Shown here: positions 18,703-28,853 of the stretch, piece after piece
How positions within the stretch are numbered: the first letter of the stretch is position 1
Layout of the letters: each line of letters starts with the position of its first letter
Assembly: GCA_965662265.1 (NCBI GenBank)
Contig: CBFIGX010000006.1
Coordinates: 19,050 to 83,049 of the forward strand
Length of the DNA stretch: 64,000 bases
Reading direction: 5' to 3'
DNA from: Flavobacteriales bacterium
Lineage (GTDB): Bacteria > Bacteroidota > Bacteroidia > Flavobacteriales > UBA7430
Made by a program: the position numbers and the translations under genes
Notes under the pieces: model-generated
Told to the model about the DNA's origin: nothing
What the model saw: only the letters and a program-made list of their open reading frames with translations
Database searches by the model: none

Positions 18703-18748
18703 TCAAAGCAAGCCCTGGGGCTTTATTCTAGCAAATATTTAAAGCCGC

Positions 18749-21136
18749 ATGTGGGCATTTATTTCTCGTTTAATACTTCGCAATAAAATATTGCTAGTGT
18801 CGCTATTAGCGATTGCCACCTTTTTTATGGCCAAACAGGCCTCTAAGGTTACATTTTCTTACGAGTTTGCCTCTTTGCTTCCTCACACCGACTCTACCTA
18901 TTTAGAGTACCAACAATTTCTTGCCGACTTTGGACAAGAGTCTAATGCCATGGTGGTAGGCTTTCAATCTGATAGCTTATACAGTTTAGCCAATTACAAA
19001 ACTCTTTTGTCTCTATGTGAGCGTTTAACATCTATAGAAGGGGTAGAAAGTGTTAGCTCTATTTTGCAAGCTTATAAAATGGAGAAAAATGAGCAGAATA
19101 AGTCTTTTGACTTTGTTCCTGTGTTTTCTCAAGAGCCTCAAACCCAGCAAGACTTGAATCGTTTGGCTATTGAGCTTGACAATCTGCCTTTCTACAAAAG
19201 TAGATTTTACAACGCGGAGTCAAAAGCTTATTTAATGGTATTGGGTCTAAACAAAGAAATGCTAATGTCAGAGGTTCGCGTAGGTCTGATTGAGCAAATA
19301 GAGTCTATGGTTGAGCCTAGTATAGAGAATATTGGAAGTAAAGCCCACTATTCCGGACTACCTTATATAAGAACAAAGAGTACAGTTAAAACCAAAAAAG
19401 AGGTGAACATGTTCATCTTCTTAGCTATGGGAGTAACCGCAATAATTATGTTGCTCTTCTTCCGTTCTTTTTCAGCAATGTTCTACTCCATGTTGGTGGT
19501 AGGAGCAGGTGTAATTTGGGCTTTGGGTACCATACACTTGTTGGGCTTTAAAATCACCATACTAACGGCCTTAATTCCCCCGCTTATTATTGTGATAGGG
19601 ATACCTAACTGTATATTCCTCTTAAATAAGTATCACAACGAGTACAAGTCGCATGGTAACAAAATCAAGGCCTTGTCTAGAGTAATTCAAAAGGTAGGAA
19701 ATGCTACTTTTATGACCAACGCAACAACCGCAGCTGGTTTTGCTACTTTTATAATAACTCAAACCGATATGCTGGTGGAGTTTGGAATTGTAGCTTCGCT
19801 CAATATACTTTTTGTATTTATCATTTCGCTCATTATTATTCCATCTGTCTTTAGTTTTTTACCTGCGCCCAAGGAAAGACACTTATTGCATCTGGAACGT
19901 AGATGGATGAATGGTTTAACTCATTGGATGGAGCAAGTGGTTCTAGATCATAGGACCCTAGTTTACATAACTACAGTAGTATTGGTGGTACTCTCAATTA
20001 TTGGTGTATCTAAAATTCAGACCACTGGAAATATCGTAGATGATATACCCAAGGATGACCCTATATACACAGATTTGACATTTTTTGAAGAGCACTTCGC
20101 TGGGGTAATGCCTTTTGAGATTCGAGTAGACACAAAAAAGAAAAACGGAGTAAGTAAGTCATCAACATTGAAAAGGATGGATAAACTCGACAAGCTTTTG
20201 CTCGAGTATCCACAGATTTCTAGTGCTGTATCGGTAGTAGATTTGGCTAAATTTTCTAAACAAGCTTATTACAATGGAAATCCCAACTATTATTCTTTGC
20301 CTACTGCTCAAGAGAAGAATTTCATCATGAAATATGCAAATAATATGGAGAGTAAACAGAGCTCTCTGTTTGATAGTTTTATCGATTCTACAAGATCTGT
20401 AGCTCGTATCTCTGCTAGAATGAAAGACATTGGCACAAAAGAAATGAGGTGGATAAAAGATTCTATTCAGCCTAAGATTAACGAAATTTTTAGTCCTGAC
20501 AAATATGACATTTCTATTACTGGAACTAGTGTTTTGTTTTTAGAAGGAACAAGTTATTTGGTAAAGAATCTATTTACAAGCTTGTTGCTTGCAATTGGTT
20601 TAATTGCCATACTGATGGCTTGGATGTTTTCATCCTCGCGTATGGTAATTGTATCCTTGCTACCCAACTTAATTCCATTAGTGCTTACAGGTGCATTAAT
20701 GGGCTATTTTGGCGTTTCTGTTAAGCCGTCTACCATATTAGTGTTTAGTATAGCCTTTGGTATATCTATTGACGACACCATCCATTTTTTGGCAAAATAC
20801 AGACAAGAGTTAAAGTCTAATAATTGGAATATAAAGCCAGCAGTGTTAAGCGCACTTAAAGAAACAGGAGTAAGTATGTTCTATACTTCGATTGTTCTCT
20901 TCTTTGGTTTTTCTATATTTATAGCTTCAGAGTTTGGTGGTACAATAGCCTTAGGATTATTAGTGTCTGTAACACTGTTGTTTGCTATGATGGCAAACCT
21001 ACTTTTATTGCCTTCTCTGTTGTTATCTCTAGAGCGTCTAATTACCACACAATCCTTTAAGGAGCCGCTTATTGATATTTTAGATGAAGAAGAAGATATA
21101 GAGTTAGAAGCATTAACCATTCGTAAAGAAAAGTAA
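18749..21136 (+). CDS. MMPL/RND-superfamily exporter (two 6-TM SSD-like bundles)
   Basis: 795 aa. Two repeated halves, each with a large periplasmic loop followed by a cluster of TM helices. Confidence 0.75.
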   Translation: MWAFISRLILRNKILLVSLLAIATFFMAKQASKVTFSYEFASLLPHTDSTYLEYQQFLADFGQESNAMVVGFQSDSLYSLANYKTLLSLCERLTSIEGVESVSSILQAYKMEKNEQNKSFDFVPVFSQEPQTQQDLNRLAIELDNLPFYKSRFYNAESKAYLMVLGLNKEMLMSEVRVGLIEQIESMVEPSIENIGSKAHYSGLPYIRTKSTVKTKKEVNMFIFLAMGVTAIIMLLFFRSFSAMFYSMLVVGAGVIWALGTIHLLGFKITILTALIPPLIIVIGIPNCIFLLNKYHNEYKSHGNKIKALSRVIQKVGNATFMTNATTAAGFATFIITQTDMLVEFGIVASLNILFVFIISLIIIPSVFSFLPAPKERHLLHLERRWMNGLTHWMEQVVLDHRTLVYITTVVLVVLSIIGVSKIQTTGNIVDDIPKDDPIYTDLTFFEEHFAGVMPFEIRVDTKKKNGVSKSSTLKRMDKLDKLLLEYPQISSAVSVVDLAKFSKQAYYNGNPNYYSLPTAQEKNFIMKYANNMESKQSSLFDSFIDSTRSVARISARMKDIGTKEMRWIKDSIQPKINEIFSPDKYDISITGTSVLFLEGTSYLVKNLFTSLLLAIGLIAILMAWMFSSSRMVIVSLLPNLIPLVLTGALMGYFGVSVKPSTILVFSIAFGISIDDTIHFLAKYRQELKSNNWNIKPAVLSALKETGVSMFYTSIVLFFGFSIFIASEFGGTIALGLLVSVTLLFAMMANLLLLPSLLLSLERLITTQSFKEPLIDILDEEEDIELEALTIRKEK

Positions 21137-21137
21137 T

Positions 21138-21998
21138 ATGAAAGGGATTATCTTGGCAGGAGGGTCTGGAACACGATTACACCCTCTAACATTATCTGTA
21201 AGCAAGCAACTAATGCCTGTGTTTGATAAGCCTATGATTTATTATCCTTTGTCTACCTTATTGGAGGCTGGGATTTCTGAAATTCTTATTATTTCTACCC
21301 CACACGATATGTCAAATTTCAAAAAGCTATTAGGAGATGGCTCCTCTTTGGGTTGTAGGTTTGAATATGCCATACAAGAAGTTCCCAATGGGCTGGCACA
21401 AGCATTTGTGATAGGCGAAGATTTTATAGGCGGTGATTCTGTTGCGCTTATCTTGGGGGATAATATTTTTTATGGTGCAAGCATGCCTAAATTGCTTAAG
21501 GAAAATATCAGCCCACAAGGAGGGGTGATATTCGCTTACCACGTTTCAGATCCTGAGCGTTATGGAGTGGTTGAGTTTGACGATAATTTTAAGGCACTTT
21601 CTATAGAAGAAAAACCCATACAGCCCAAATCTAATTATGCTGTGCCAGGCTTGTATTTTTATGATAATAGTGTGGTGGAAATTGCGAAGTCATTAAAGCC
21701 ATCTGCTCGAGGTGAATATGAAATTACTGATGTAAATAAGGAGTACCTTCGAAGAGATAGCCTAAAGGTAGGAATACTAGATAGAGGAACTGCTTGGCTA
21801 GATACAGGTACTTTTGCTACACTTATGCAAGCTGGACAGTTTGTTCAGGTCTTGGAAGAACGACAAGGTCTCAAGGTAGGTTGTATTGAAGAGAGTGCAT
21901 TTAGGGCAGGTCTCATTAGTTCTCGTGAGTTAAAAGAATTAGCAAAGCCACTATTAAAAAGTGGCTATGGAAAATATTTGATGCATTTGAATGACTAA
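21138..21998 (+). CDS. rfbA: Glucose-1-phosphate thymidylyltransferase
   Basis: 286 aa. [24 protein letters not shown] and EITD motifs. Confidence 0.94.
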   Translation: MKGIILAGGSGTRLHPLTLSVSKQLMPVFDKPMIYYPLSTLLEAGISEILIISTPHDMSNFKKLLGDGSSLGCRFEYAIQEVPNGLAQAFVIGEDFIGGDSVALILGDNIFYGASMPKLLKENISPQGGVIFAYHVSDPERYGVVEFDDNFKALSIEEKPIQPKSNYAVPGLYFYDNSVVEIAKSLKPSARGEYEITDVNKEYLRRDSLKVGILDRGTAWLDTGTFATLMQAGQFVQVLEERQGLKVGCIEESAFRAGLISSRELKELAKPLLKSGYGKYLMHLND

Positions 21999-22974
21999 TT
22001 TAAAAAGCATTGCAGAACTACAAAAGTTACTGCAAAATTCACTCGTAAAATTATCTCTTGAGTCAGAGCCCACTGAACTTTATCAGCCTATTAGATATAT
22101 CATAGACCTAGGTGGAAAACGATTAAGGCCCGCATTAGTTTTAATGGCAGCTGATATGTTTGGTTCTGATGTGAATAAGGCATTACCTCAAGCTATGGGA
22201 ATAGAGTTGTTTCATAACTTTACACTCCTACACGACGATATAATGGATCAGGCACCACTACGACGCGGAAAGACTACTGTTCATGAAAAGTGGAATACTA
22301 ATATCGCAATTCTTTCCGGAGATGCATTGTTTGTAAAAGCCTATCAATCTCTTGTTCAAGCAGAACCTAATATTTTACCCGATTTGATGTGCTTGTTTAA
22401 CGCCACTGCATTACAGGTGTGTGAAGGGCAACAGTATGATATGAATTTTGAGGAGATGGACTCAGTTTCTATGTCGGAGTACCTAAAAATGATTAAGTAT
22501 AAAACTGCAGTACTGCTAGGTTGTGCGCTGAAAATTGGTGCAATAGTTGCAAAAGCTTCAAAAGAAGATCAAAAGCAGATATACGATTTTGGAATTCATA
22601 TAGGTTTGGCTTTTCAATTGATGGACGACATCCTTGATGTTTATGCCGATAAAGCCAATTTCGGCAAACAGATGGCTGGCGATATTTTATCCAATAAAAA
22701 AACCTGTCTCTATATCAAGGCATACGAAAAAGCCAATTCTATAGAAAAGGAAGTATTGGATTATTATTTTGCACATCAAGACTTTAATCCAAAAGAGAAA
22801 ATTAATAAAGTGATGGAGGTGTACAATGGTCTAAATGTTCGTCAGGACTGTATGCAGATGATGGAAGATCACTACATTTTAGCTCTAAAGTGTATGGGAA
22901 ATTTATCAGTAGATAATACCAAAAAACAAGTACTGAAACAGTTTGTAGACCTATTAATGGTACGTGTAAAATAA
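21991..22974 (+). CDS. Polyprenyl diphosphate synthase (trans-IPPS; product length not determined)
   Basis: 327 aa. First Asp-rich motif LLHDDIMD, second MDDILD, GKRLRP motif. Overlaps rfbA by 8 nt. Confidence 0.88.
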   Translation: MTNLKSIAELQKLLQNSLVKLSLESEPTELYQPIRYIIDLGGKRLRPALVLMAADMFGSDVNKALPQAMGIELFHNFTLLHDDIMDQAPLRRGKTTVHEKWNTNIAILSGDALFVKAYQSLVQAEPNILPDLMCLFNATALQVCEGQQYDMNFEEMDSVSMSEYLKMIKYKTAVLLGCALKIGAIVAKASKEDQKQIYDFGIHIGLAFQLMDDILDVYADKANFGKQMAGDILSNKKTCLYIKAYEKANSIEKEVLDYYFAHQDFNPKEKINKVMEVYNGLNVRQDCMQMMEDHYILALKCMGNLSVDNTKKQVLKQFVDLLMVRVK

Positions 22975-23369
22975 TGAATTTAGGCCTTCAGAACATCGAA
23001 GATTATACGAAAGATTTGCATTGGATGCTCCAAGCCACTATGCAATTAGAAAAAGAATTTTATCAGCAAGGTTGGATTTTTGATAAACCTATTCAAGCAG
23101 ACAATGCTTTTGAGTTTATAGAGCAACAACTGCTTCCCAAATTGTCTAATGAGATGGCTCAAAAAGGCAATTCTTATTCCAAGCAATTACTTTATAAGAT
23201 AGATATAGAAGAGTCTCAAATAGCTAGAGCAGCTATAGAAAGTCAAGGTAGCTCTTTCCTAGAAATACTTACAAAGCTTATCATTATGCGCTGCTTGCAA
23301 AAAGTATTGATAAGAAACTATTATAAACACAATGAAAAAGACGCGATAGACAAGCTATTAGAAGAATAA
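22974..23369 (+). CDS. Hypothetical protein, 131 aa, predicted soluble and helical
   Basis: The ORF start overlaps the synthase stop by 1 nt. I recognise no motif. Confidence 0.55.
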   Translation: MNLGLQNIEDYTKDLHWMLQATMQLEKEFYQQGWIFDKPIQADNAFEFIEQQLLPKLSNEMAQKGNSYSKQLLYKIDIEESQIARAAIESQGSSFLEILTKLIIMRCLQKVLIRNYYKHNEKDAIDKLLEE

Positions 23370-23411
23370 ATTATTATATTTTTGCTAGGAATTTTTGCGT
23401 TTAAGAAAACG

Positions 23412-26135
23412 ATGGATAATTATTCATTTTTAGGAGCAGCCAATACTGCTTTTTTTGAAGAGATCTACGAACAGTATCTCAAAGAGCCCGATTCGGTAGA
23501 AGCCAGTTGGAGATCTTTCTTTCAAGGCTATGACTTTGCCAATGAGAACTATTCCGAAGAGGAACTGGAAGCCGCTTTGCCTGATTCTTTTAAAAAAGAA
23601 TTTAAGGTAATTAACTTGATTAATGCATACCGAGATCGTGGGCATTTATTCACTAAAACAAATCCCGTAAGAGAGCGAAGGATTTATAGTCCTAAATTAG
23701 AGTTGGATAATTTTGAATTGTCTGATTCGGATTTAGATACAGTTTTTCAGGCTGGAACACAATGTGGAATTGGCGCGGCTAGTCTCAAACAAATTATTAC
23801 ACACCTAAAGAAGGTATATTGTCAGTCTACAGGAATAGAATATACATATATCCGAGATTCTAAAGAGAGAAATTGGATAAAAAACTATATTCATGAGAAT
23901 AGTAATCAGCCTAAGTTTAGCCCAGAGCAGAAAAAGCAAATTCTGAAAAAATTGAACGAAGCGGTAGCTTTTGAGAGTTTCTTGCATACAAAGTATGTAG
24001 GGCAAAAACGATTTTCATTAGAAGGTGGGGAGTCTTTAATACCCGCGCTAGACGCTGTGGTAGAATATGGCTCTACCATTAATATCAAAGAATTTGTTAT
24101 CGGTATGGCTCATCGAGGTCGACTGAGTGTGTTGGCAAATATTTTTAAGAAACCCTACAAGCAGGTTTTTAAAGAATTTGAAGGTAAAGGTTATGAGGAT
24201 GAAGAGTTTGATGGCGATGTGAAGTATCACTTAGGGTATTCCTATGACGTGACTACGGATGCAGGTAAGAATGTGAGCATGAGTTTAGTTCCTAACCCAT
24301 CTCATTTAGAGACAGTAGGATCAGTAATGCTAGGAATCTCTCGAGCTAAAATAGATCATAAATATCAAGGAGATAATTCTAAATTACTACCAATCATTAT
24401 TCATGGTGATGCAGCAATCGCAGGTCAAGGATTGGTGTATGAGCTTATTCAGATGGCGCAACTTCCAGCATACAAAACAGGAGGTAGCATGCATATCGTT
24501 ATCAATAATCAGGTAGGATTTACAACCAACTATCTAGACGGCCGTTCTTCTACTTATTGTACCGACATTGCAAAAACAACACTTTGCCCAGTACTCCATG
24601 TAAATGGAGATGATGTAGAGGCTGTAGTTCATGCTATGAATTTTGCTGCTGCCTACCGACAAGAATTTAAAAAAGATGTATTTATCGACTTATTATGTTA
24701 CCGTCGTTATGGTCATAATGAAGGTGATGAGCCTCGATTTACACAGCCCAAATTATATCAATCTATAGCAAAACACCCTAATCCAAGAGAAATTTACAAT
24801 CAGAAGTTGATGACTCAAGGTGTGGTTGAAGCAAATATAGTGAAGGAGATGGCCGCTCAGTTTAAAGGTTTGCTAGAGTTAGATCTAGATCAGGCACGGA
24901 AAGAAGAAACTACGAGCATCACTCGATTTATGGAGAAAGAATGGGCACATATAAAGAAGGCTCAGGCCATTGATTTTGAAAGCTCTCCTGAAACAGGTGT
25001 CTCTCAGGAGCGTTTGTCAAAAATTGCGAAAGCTTTATATACGCCTCCCAACGGGCATCAATTTTATAAGAAAGCACTGCGCCTGCTTAAAGAACGAGGT
25101 AAAATGTTTAACGAAACCAATCGTTTGGATTGGGGAATGGCAGAGTTGCTTGCTTACGGATCTATCCTTACTGAAGGAAAAGAAGTAAGAATGACAGGTC
25201 AGGATGTAGAACGAGGTACTTTCTCTCATAGACATGCTATATTGAGAAATGTAGACTCAGAAGAGCGTGTTAATCTACTAAATCATATAGATACATCGCA
25301 ACAAAAGTTTGAGATATACAATTCATTCCTGTCAGAGTACGGGGTATTAGGTTTTGATTATGGCTATGCGATGGCCTCTCCTGATGCCCTTACTATTTGG
25401 GAAGCTCAGTTTGGAGATTTCTCTAATGGGGCACAAATATTAATTGACCAATATCTTTCTGCAGCAGAAGATAAATGGGAAATATACAATGGTTTAGTAC
25501 TATTGCTCCCACACGGATATGAAGGACAAGGTGCAGAGCATTCTAGTGCAAGACTAGAGCGTTACTTACAACTCTGTGCTCAGTATAATATGCAAGTTGC
25601 CAATGCTACTACTCCTGCCAATTTTTTCCATTTAATGCGTAGACAGCTACATAGAGACTTTAGGAAACCTTTGGTCATAATGAGTCCTAAGAGTTTGTTA
25701 AGACATCCACAATGTGTGTCCGGTGTAGAAGATTTAGTTAAAGGTCGATTCCAAGAAGTAATCGATGACCATCAGGCAGATGCTTCTCAGGTAAAAAAGC
25801 TAGTGTTCTGTTCTGGTAAATTATACTACGAACTGTTAGAAGAAAAACAAAAACAAAATGCCAATAGTGTGGCTATAGTTAGGTTGGAGCAATTATATCC
25901 ATTCCCTATTTCTCAACTAGAGGCAATTGTGAATAAATATCAGAAAACTCAGAAATTTGTTTGGGCTCAAGAAGAACCTGAAAATATGGGTGCTTGGGGT
26001 TTTATTCTCCGTCATTGGAGAACTATGCCTTTAGAACTTATTGCTAGATCTGCGAGTGCTACTCCAGCCTCAGGATCGTCTAAAAGATCGGCAAAAAGAC
26101 AAGCTGATGTTATTAAACGTGTATTTGAATTGTAA
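23412..26135 (+). CDS. sucA: 2-oxoglutarate dehydrogenase E1 component
   Basis: 907 aa from ATG 23412 (MDNYSFLGAANTAFFEEIYEQY). The track's TTG extension at 23382 is unnecessary. Confidence 0.95.
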   Translation: MDNYSFLGAANTAFFEEIYEQYLKEPDSVEASWRSFFQGYDFANENYSEEELEAALPDSFKKEFKVINLINAYRDRGHLFTKTNPVRERRIYSPKLELDNFELSDSDLDTVFQAGTQCGIGAASLKQIITHLKKVYCQSTGIEYTYIRDSKERNWIKNYIHENSNQPKFSPEQKKQILKKLNEAVAFESFLHTKYVGQKRFSLEGGESLIPALDAVVEYGSTINIKEFVIGMAHRGRLSVLANIFKKPYKQVFKEFEGKGYEDEEFDGDVKYHLGYSYDVTTDAGKNVSMSLVPNPSHLETVGSVMLGISRAKIDHKYQGDNSKLLPIIIHGDAAIAGQGLVYELIQMAQLPAYKTGGSMHIVINNQVGFTTNYLDGRSSTYCTDIAKTTLCPVLHVNGDDVEAVVHAMNFAAAYRQEFKKDVFIDLLCYRRYGHNEGDEPRFTQPKLYQSIAKHPNPREIYNQKLMTQGVVEANIVKEMAAQFKGLLELDLDQARKEETTSITRFMEKEWAHIKKAQAIDFESSPETGVSQERLSKIAKALYTPPNGHQFYKKALRLLKERGKMFNETNRLDWGMAELLAYGSILTEGKEVRMTGQDVERGTFSHRHAILRNVDSEERVNLLNHIDTSQQKFEIYNSFLSEYGVLGFDYGYAMASPDALTIWEAQFGDFSNGAQILIDQYLSAAEDKWEIYNGLVLLLPHGYEGQGAEHSSARLERYLQLCAQYNMQVANATTPANFFHLMRRQLHRDFRKPLVIMSPKSLLRHPQCVSGVEDLVKGRFQEVIDDHQADASQVKKLVFCSGKLYYELLEEKQKQNANSVAIVRLEQLYPFPISQLEAIVNKYQKTQKFVWAQEEPENMGAWGFILRHWRTMPLELIARSASATPASGSSKRSAKRQADVIKRVFEL

Positions 26136-26168
26136 AAAGAAAATTAAGAAGGCAAAATATATATAGCT

Positions 26169-27377
26169 ATGATCGTTGAAATGAATGTTCCATCACCTGG
26201 TGAATCTATCTCGGAAGTAGAGATAGCATCTTGGTTAGTTGCCGACGGAGAGTACGTTGAAAAAGATCAGGAGATCTGTGAAATAGACTCAGACAAGGCC
26301 ACACTTACTTTGGCTGCCGAAGAAAGTGGTGCGATTTCTATAAAAGTAGAAGAAGGAGAAACTGTAGCCATTGGCGATTTAGTATGCACAATAGATACCG
26401 AAGCAGAAGGAACGGCTTCTTCATCAGCAACTAAAACAAATGCAACTCAACTTGAGTCAACACCAGCAACTACTTCTAGTGTTAACCCTACGCAAACCAA
26501 CTATGCTACAGGATCACCATCTCCTGCTGCTCGTAAGATGATGACTGAGCAAGGTGTGCAGTTGGATCGTGGAACAGGTAAAGGAGGTCGAATTACAAAA
26601 GAAGATGTAGTAAAAGCCAAAACAGCGATGGGTAATGGCCCTGGGCCAAGAGGTAGCGAACGCAAGAAAATGTCAACCTTAAGAAGAAAGGTTGCTGAAC
26701 GTTTGGTTTCAGTGAAAAACGAAACAGCAATGCTTACAACTTTTAATGAGGTTGATATGAAGCCAATAATGGATCTACGAAAAGTGTATAAGGAAGACTT
26801 TAAAGAGAAGCATGGGGTTGGTTTAGGTTTTATGTCCTTCTTTACGAAAGCAGTTACCAGAGCACTGAAGCTTTTCCCTGATGTGAATGCTATGATTGAT
26901 GGTAAAGAAGTTGTCTACTTCGACTATGCTGATATTTCTATAGCTGTAAGCTCGCCTAAAGGGCTTATGGTACCCGTGGTACGTAATGCTGAATTACTAG
27001 ATTTTGCCGGAGTAGAATCAGAAATAAAGCGTTTAGCAATTAAGGCAAGAGATGGAAAAATAAGTATGGATGACATGCTGGGTGGTACATTCACTATTAC
27101 CAACGGAGGAGTGTTTGGTTCTATGTTGTCTACACCTATTATTAACCCGCCGCAGTCAGCTATATTAGGAATGCACAATATTGTAGAACGCCCTGTGGTA
27201 GTAGATGGTAAGGTAGTTGTTAGGCCAGTTATGTATGTGGCACTTTCATACGATCACCGTATCATAGACGGAAAAGAATCTGTTGGGTTCTTGTGTGCTG
27301 TCAAAGAAGCTTTAGAAAATCCAGTAGAGATTTTATTAGGTGGTAATGATGAAATAAAACAAAATTTAGGTCTTTAA
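26169..27377 (+). CDS. sucB: Dihydrolipoyllysine-residue succinyltransferase, E2 of 2-oxoglutarate dehydrogenase
   Basis: 402 aa. Lipoyl-Lys motif EIDSDKATL, Ala/Ser/Thr-rich linker, PSBD, catalytic SYDHRIIDG. Confidence 0.95.
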   Translation: MIVEMNVPSPGESISEVEIASWLVADGEYVEKDQEICEIDSDKATLTLAAEESGAISIKVEEGETVAIGDLVCTIDTEAEGTASSSATKTNATQLESTPATTSSVNPTQTNYATGSPSPAARKMMTEQGVQLDRGTGKGGRITKEDVVKAKTAMGNGPGPRGSERKKMSTLRRKVAERLVSVKNETAMLTTFNEVDMKPIMDLRKVYKEDFKEKHGVGLGFMSFFTKAVTRALKLFPDVNAMIDGKEVVYFDYADISIAVSSPKGLMVPVVRNAELLDFAGVESEIKRLAIKARDGKISMDDMLGGTFTITNGGVFGSMLSTPIINPPQSAILGMHNIVERPVVVDGKVVVRPVMYVALSYDHRIIDGKESVGFLCAVKEALENPVEILLGGNDEIKQNLGL

Positions 27378-27399
27378 CTCAATTAGAATAACACTTTGT

Positions 27400-27427
27400 A
27401 AACCCCGGCTATGAGTCGGGGTTTTTT
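27400..27427 (+). terminator. Rho-independent terminator after sucB
   Basis: aaaccccg (27400-27407) / cggggttt (27417-27424), then T-run gttttttg. Confidence 0.8.
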
Positions 27428-27560
27428 GTGCTCAATACATATTTTTAAAATATGTGTTCCACTAACTTATAATTTAATAACATGAATATCATAAACTTAC
27501 ATATTGGTTGTTAACAATCAATTAACAAAGTTGAAGGTGATTTTTTCACGCATTAAACCC

Positions 27561-27568
27561 TAAATTTG
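27561..27568 (+). promoter_or_regulatory. -7 promoter box TAaaTTTG for the desaturase gene
   Basis: Exact TAnnTTTG, 26 nt upstream of the ATG at 27594. Confidence 0.45.
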
Positions 27569-27593
27569 TGGCATCTATTTATAAAATACATTT

Positions 27594-28688
27594 ATGTTAA
27601 AAAGAGTTCGTTTTCAAAATAAGGAGCAGGCACCTTTTGTAAAGGTGCTTCGCCAAAGAGTAAATGCTTATTTTAAAGAAAATAATATATCTAGAAATGC
27701 GAACGCGCACATGGTAATCAAAACCATATCTATGTTTTTGATTTATCTAATTCCTTACGCTTTAGTGTATACAAACCTGCTTACAGGACCTTGGGCATTG
27801 CTTTTAGCTATATTTATGGGACTAGGTATGGCTGGTATAGGGATGTCTATTATGCACGATGCAAATCATGGTGCTTATTCATCAAATGCTAAAGTGAATA
27901 AGCTATTGGGTGTTTGTATATATCTTATAGGTGGTGATGTGTATAATTGGAAGGTTCAGCACAATATACTTCATCATACATATACAAATATTGATGGTTT
28001 AGATGGAGATATAGATCAAGACCCGCTCCTTCGCTTGTCTTCTGAGCAAAAATGGGGTAAAGGACATAAATTTCAACATATTTACGCTTTTTTCCTTTAT
28101 AGTTTAGGGACCCTATTATGGGCTTTTATGGATTTTGTTCAGCACAGAAGGTTTACTAAAATGGGTTTGAGTCCAGACGGTAAATTGAATAAAGCGAAGC
28201 AATTGAGAAAACTTTTAACCTATAAAACTTTTTATTGGAGTTTTATTTTTGCTCTTCCAATGATCTTCTCTCCTTTTACTTGGTGGCAAATAATTTTAGG
28301 TTGGTTGATAATGAATATAGTTGCTGGTTTTATATTAACTGTTACATTCCAATTGGCTCATGTTGTTGAGGGTGTTTCATTTCCAGTTCCTTCAAAAGAA
28401 GGAAACGTTGAGAACGAGTGGATGATTCATCAGTTAAAAACAACCGCTAATTTTGCTAAAAACTCCAAACTTGTTACCTGGTACGTCGGAGGCTTAAACT
28501 TTCAGATAGAGCATCACTTATTTCCAAATATTTGTCATGTACATTATGAAAAATTGTCAGACATTGTTAAGCAAACTGCTGAGGAATATGGTATTATCTA
28601 TAACTACAAAGAAACATATTTTGATGCTGTTAAATCGCACTATAAGATGTTGAAAGAGCTAGGTGCTAAGCCAGTTTTAGCTCGTTAA
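27594..28688 (+). CDS. Membrane fatty-acid desaturase, front-end (delta-6-like) type, no cytochrome b5 domain
   Basis: 364 aa. His boxes HDANH, HNILHH and QIEHH (Gln in the third box). Confidence 0.85.
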   Translation: MLKRVRFQNKEQAPFVKVLRQRVNAYFKENNISRNANAHMVIKTISMFLIYLIPYALVYTNLLTGPWALLLAIFMGLGMAGIGMSIMHDANHGAYSSNAKVNKLLGVCIYLIGGDVYNWKVQHNILHHTYTNIDGLDGDIDQDPLLRLSSEQKWGKGHKFQHIYAFFLYSLGTLLWAFMDFVQHRRFTKMGLSPDGKLNKAKQLRKLLTYKTFYWSFIFALPMIFSPFTWWQIILGWLIMNIVAGFILTVTFQLAHVVEGVSFPVPSKEGNVENEWMIHQLKTTANFAKNSKLVTWYVGGLNFQIEHHLFPNICHVHYEKLSDIVKQTAEEYGIIYNYKETYFDAVKSHYKMLKELGAKPVLAR

Positions 28689-28705
28689 GTTCATTTTAAA
28701 TTGTT

Positions 28706-28736
28706 AATGCCACTACATAAAGTGGCATTTTTTTTT
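28706..28736 (+). terminator. Rho-independent terminator after the desaturase gene
   Basis: aatgccact (28706-28714) / agtggcatt (28721-28729), 6-nt loop, T9 run. Confidence 0.85.
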
Positions 28737-28853
28737 GACTTATAGCTTCCAATATAGCTCCATGATAAAAGTCAACGTAGCATGAGTAAATAATTTCTTA
28801 AAATTTAAAGATACTAGTAAAGTTTCAAACTGATTGTTAGGCTTTTATTTTAA

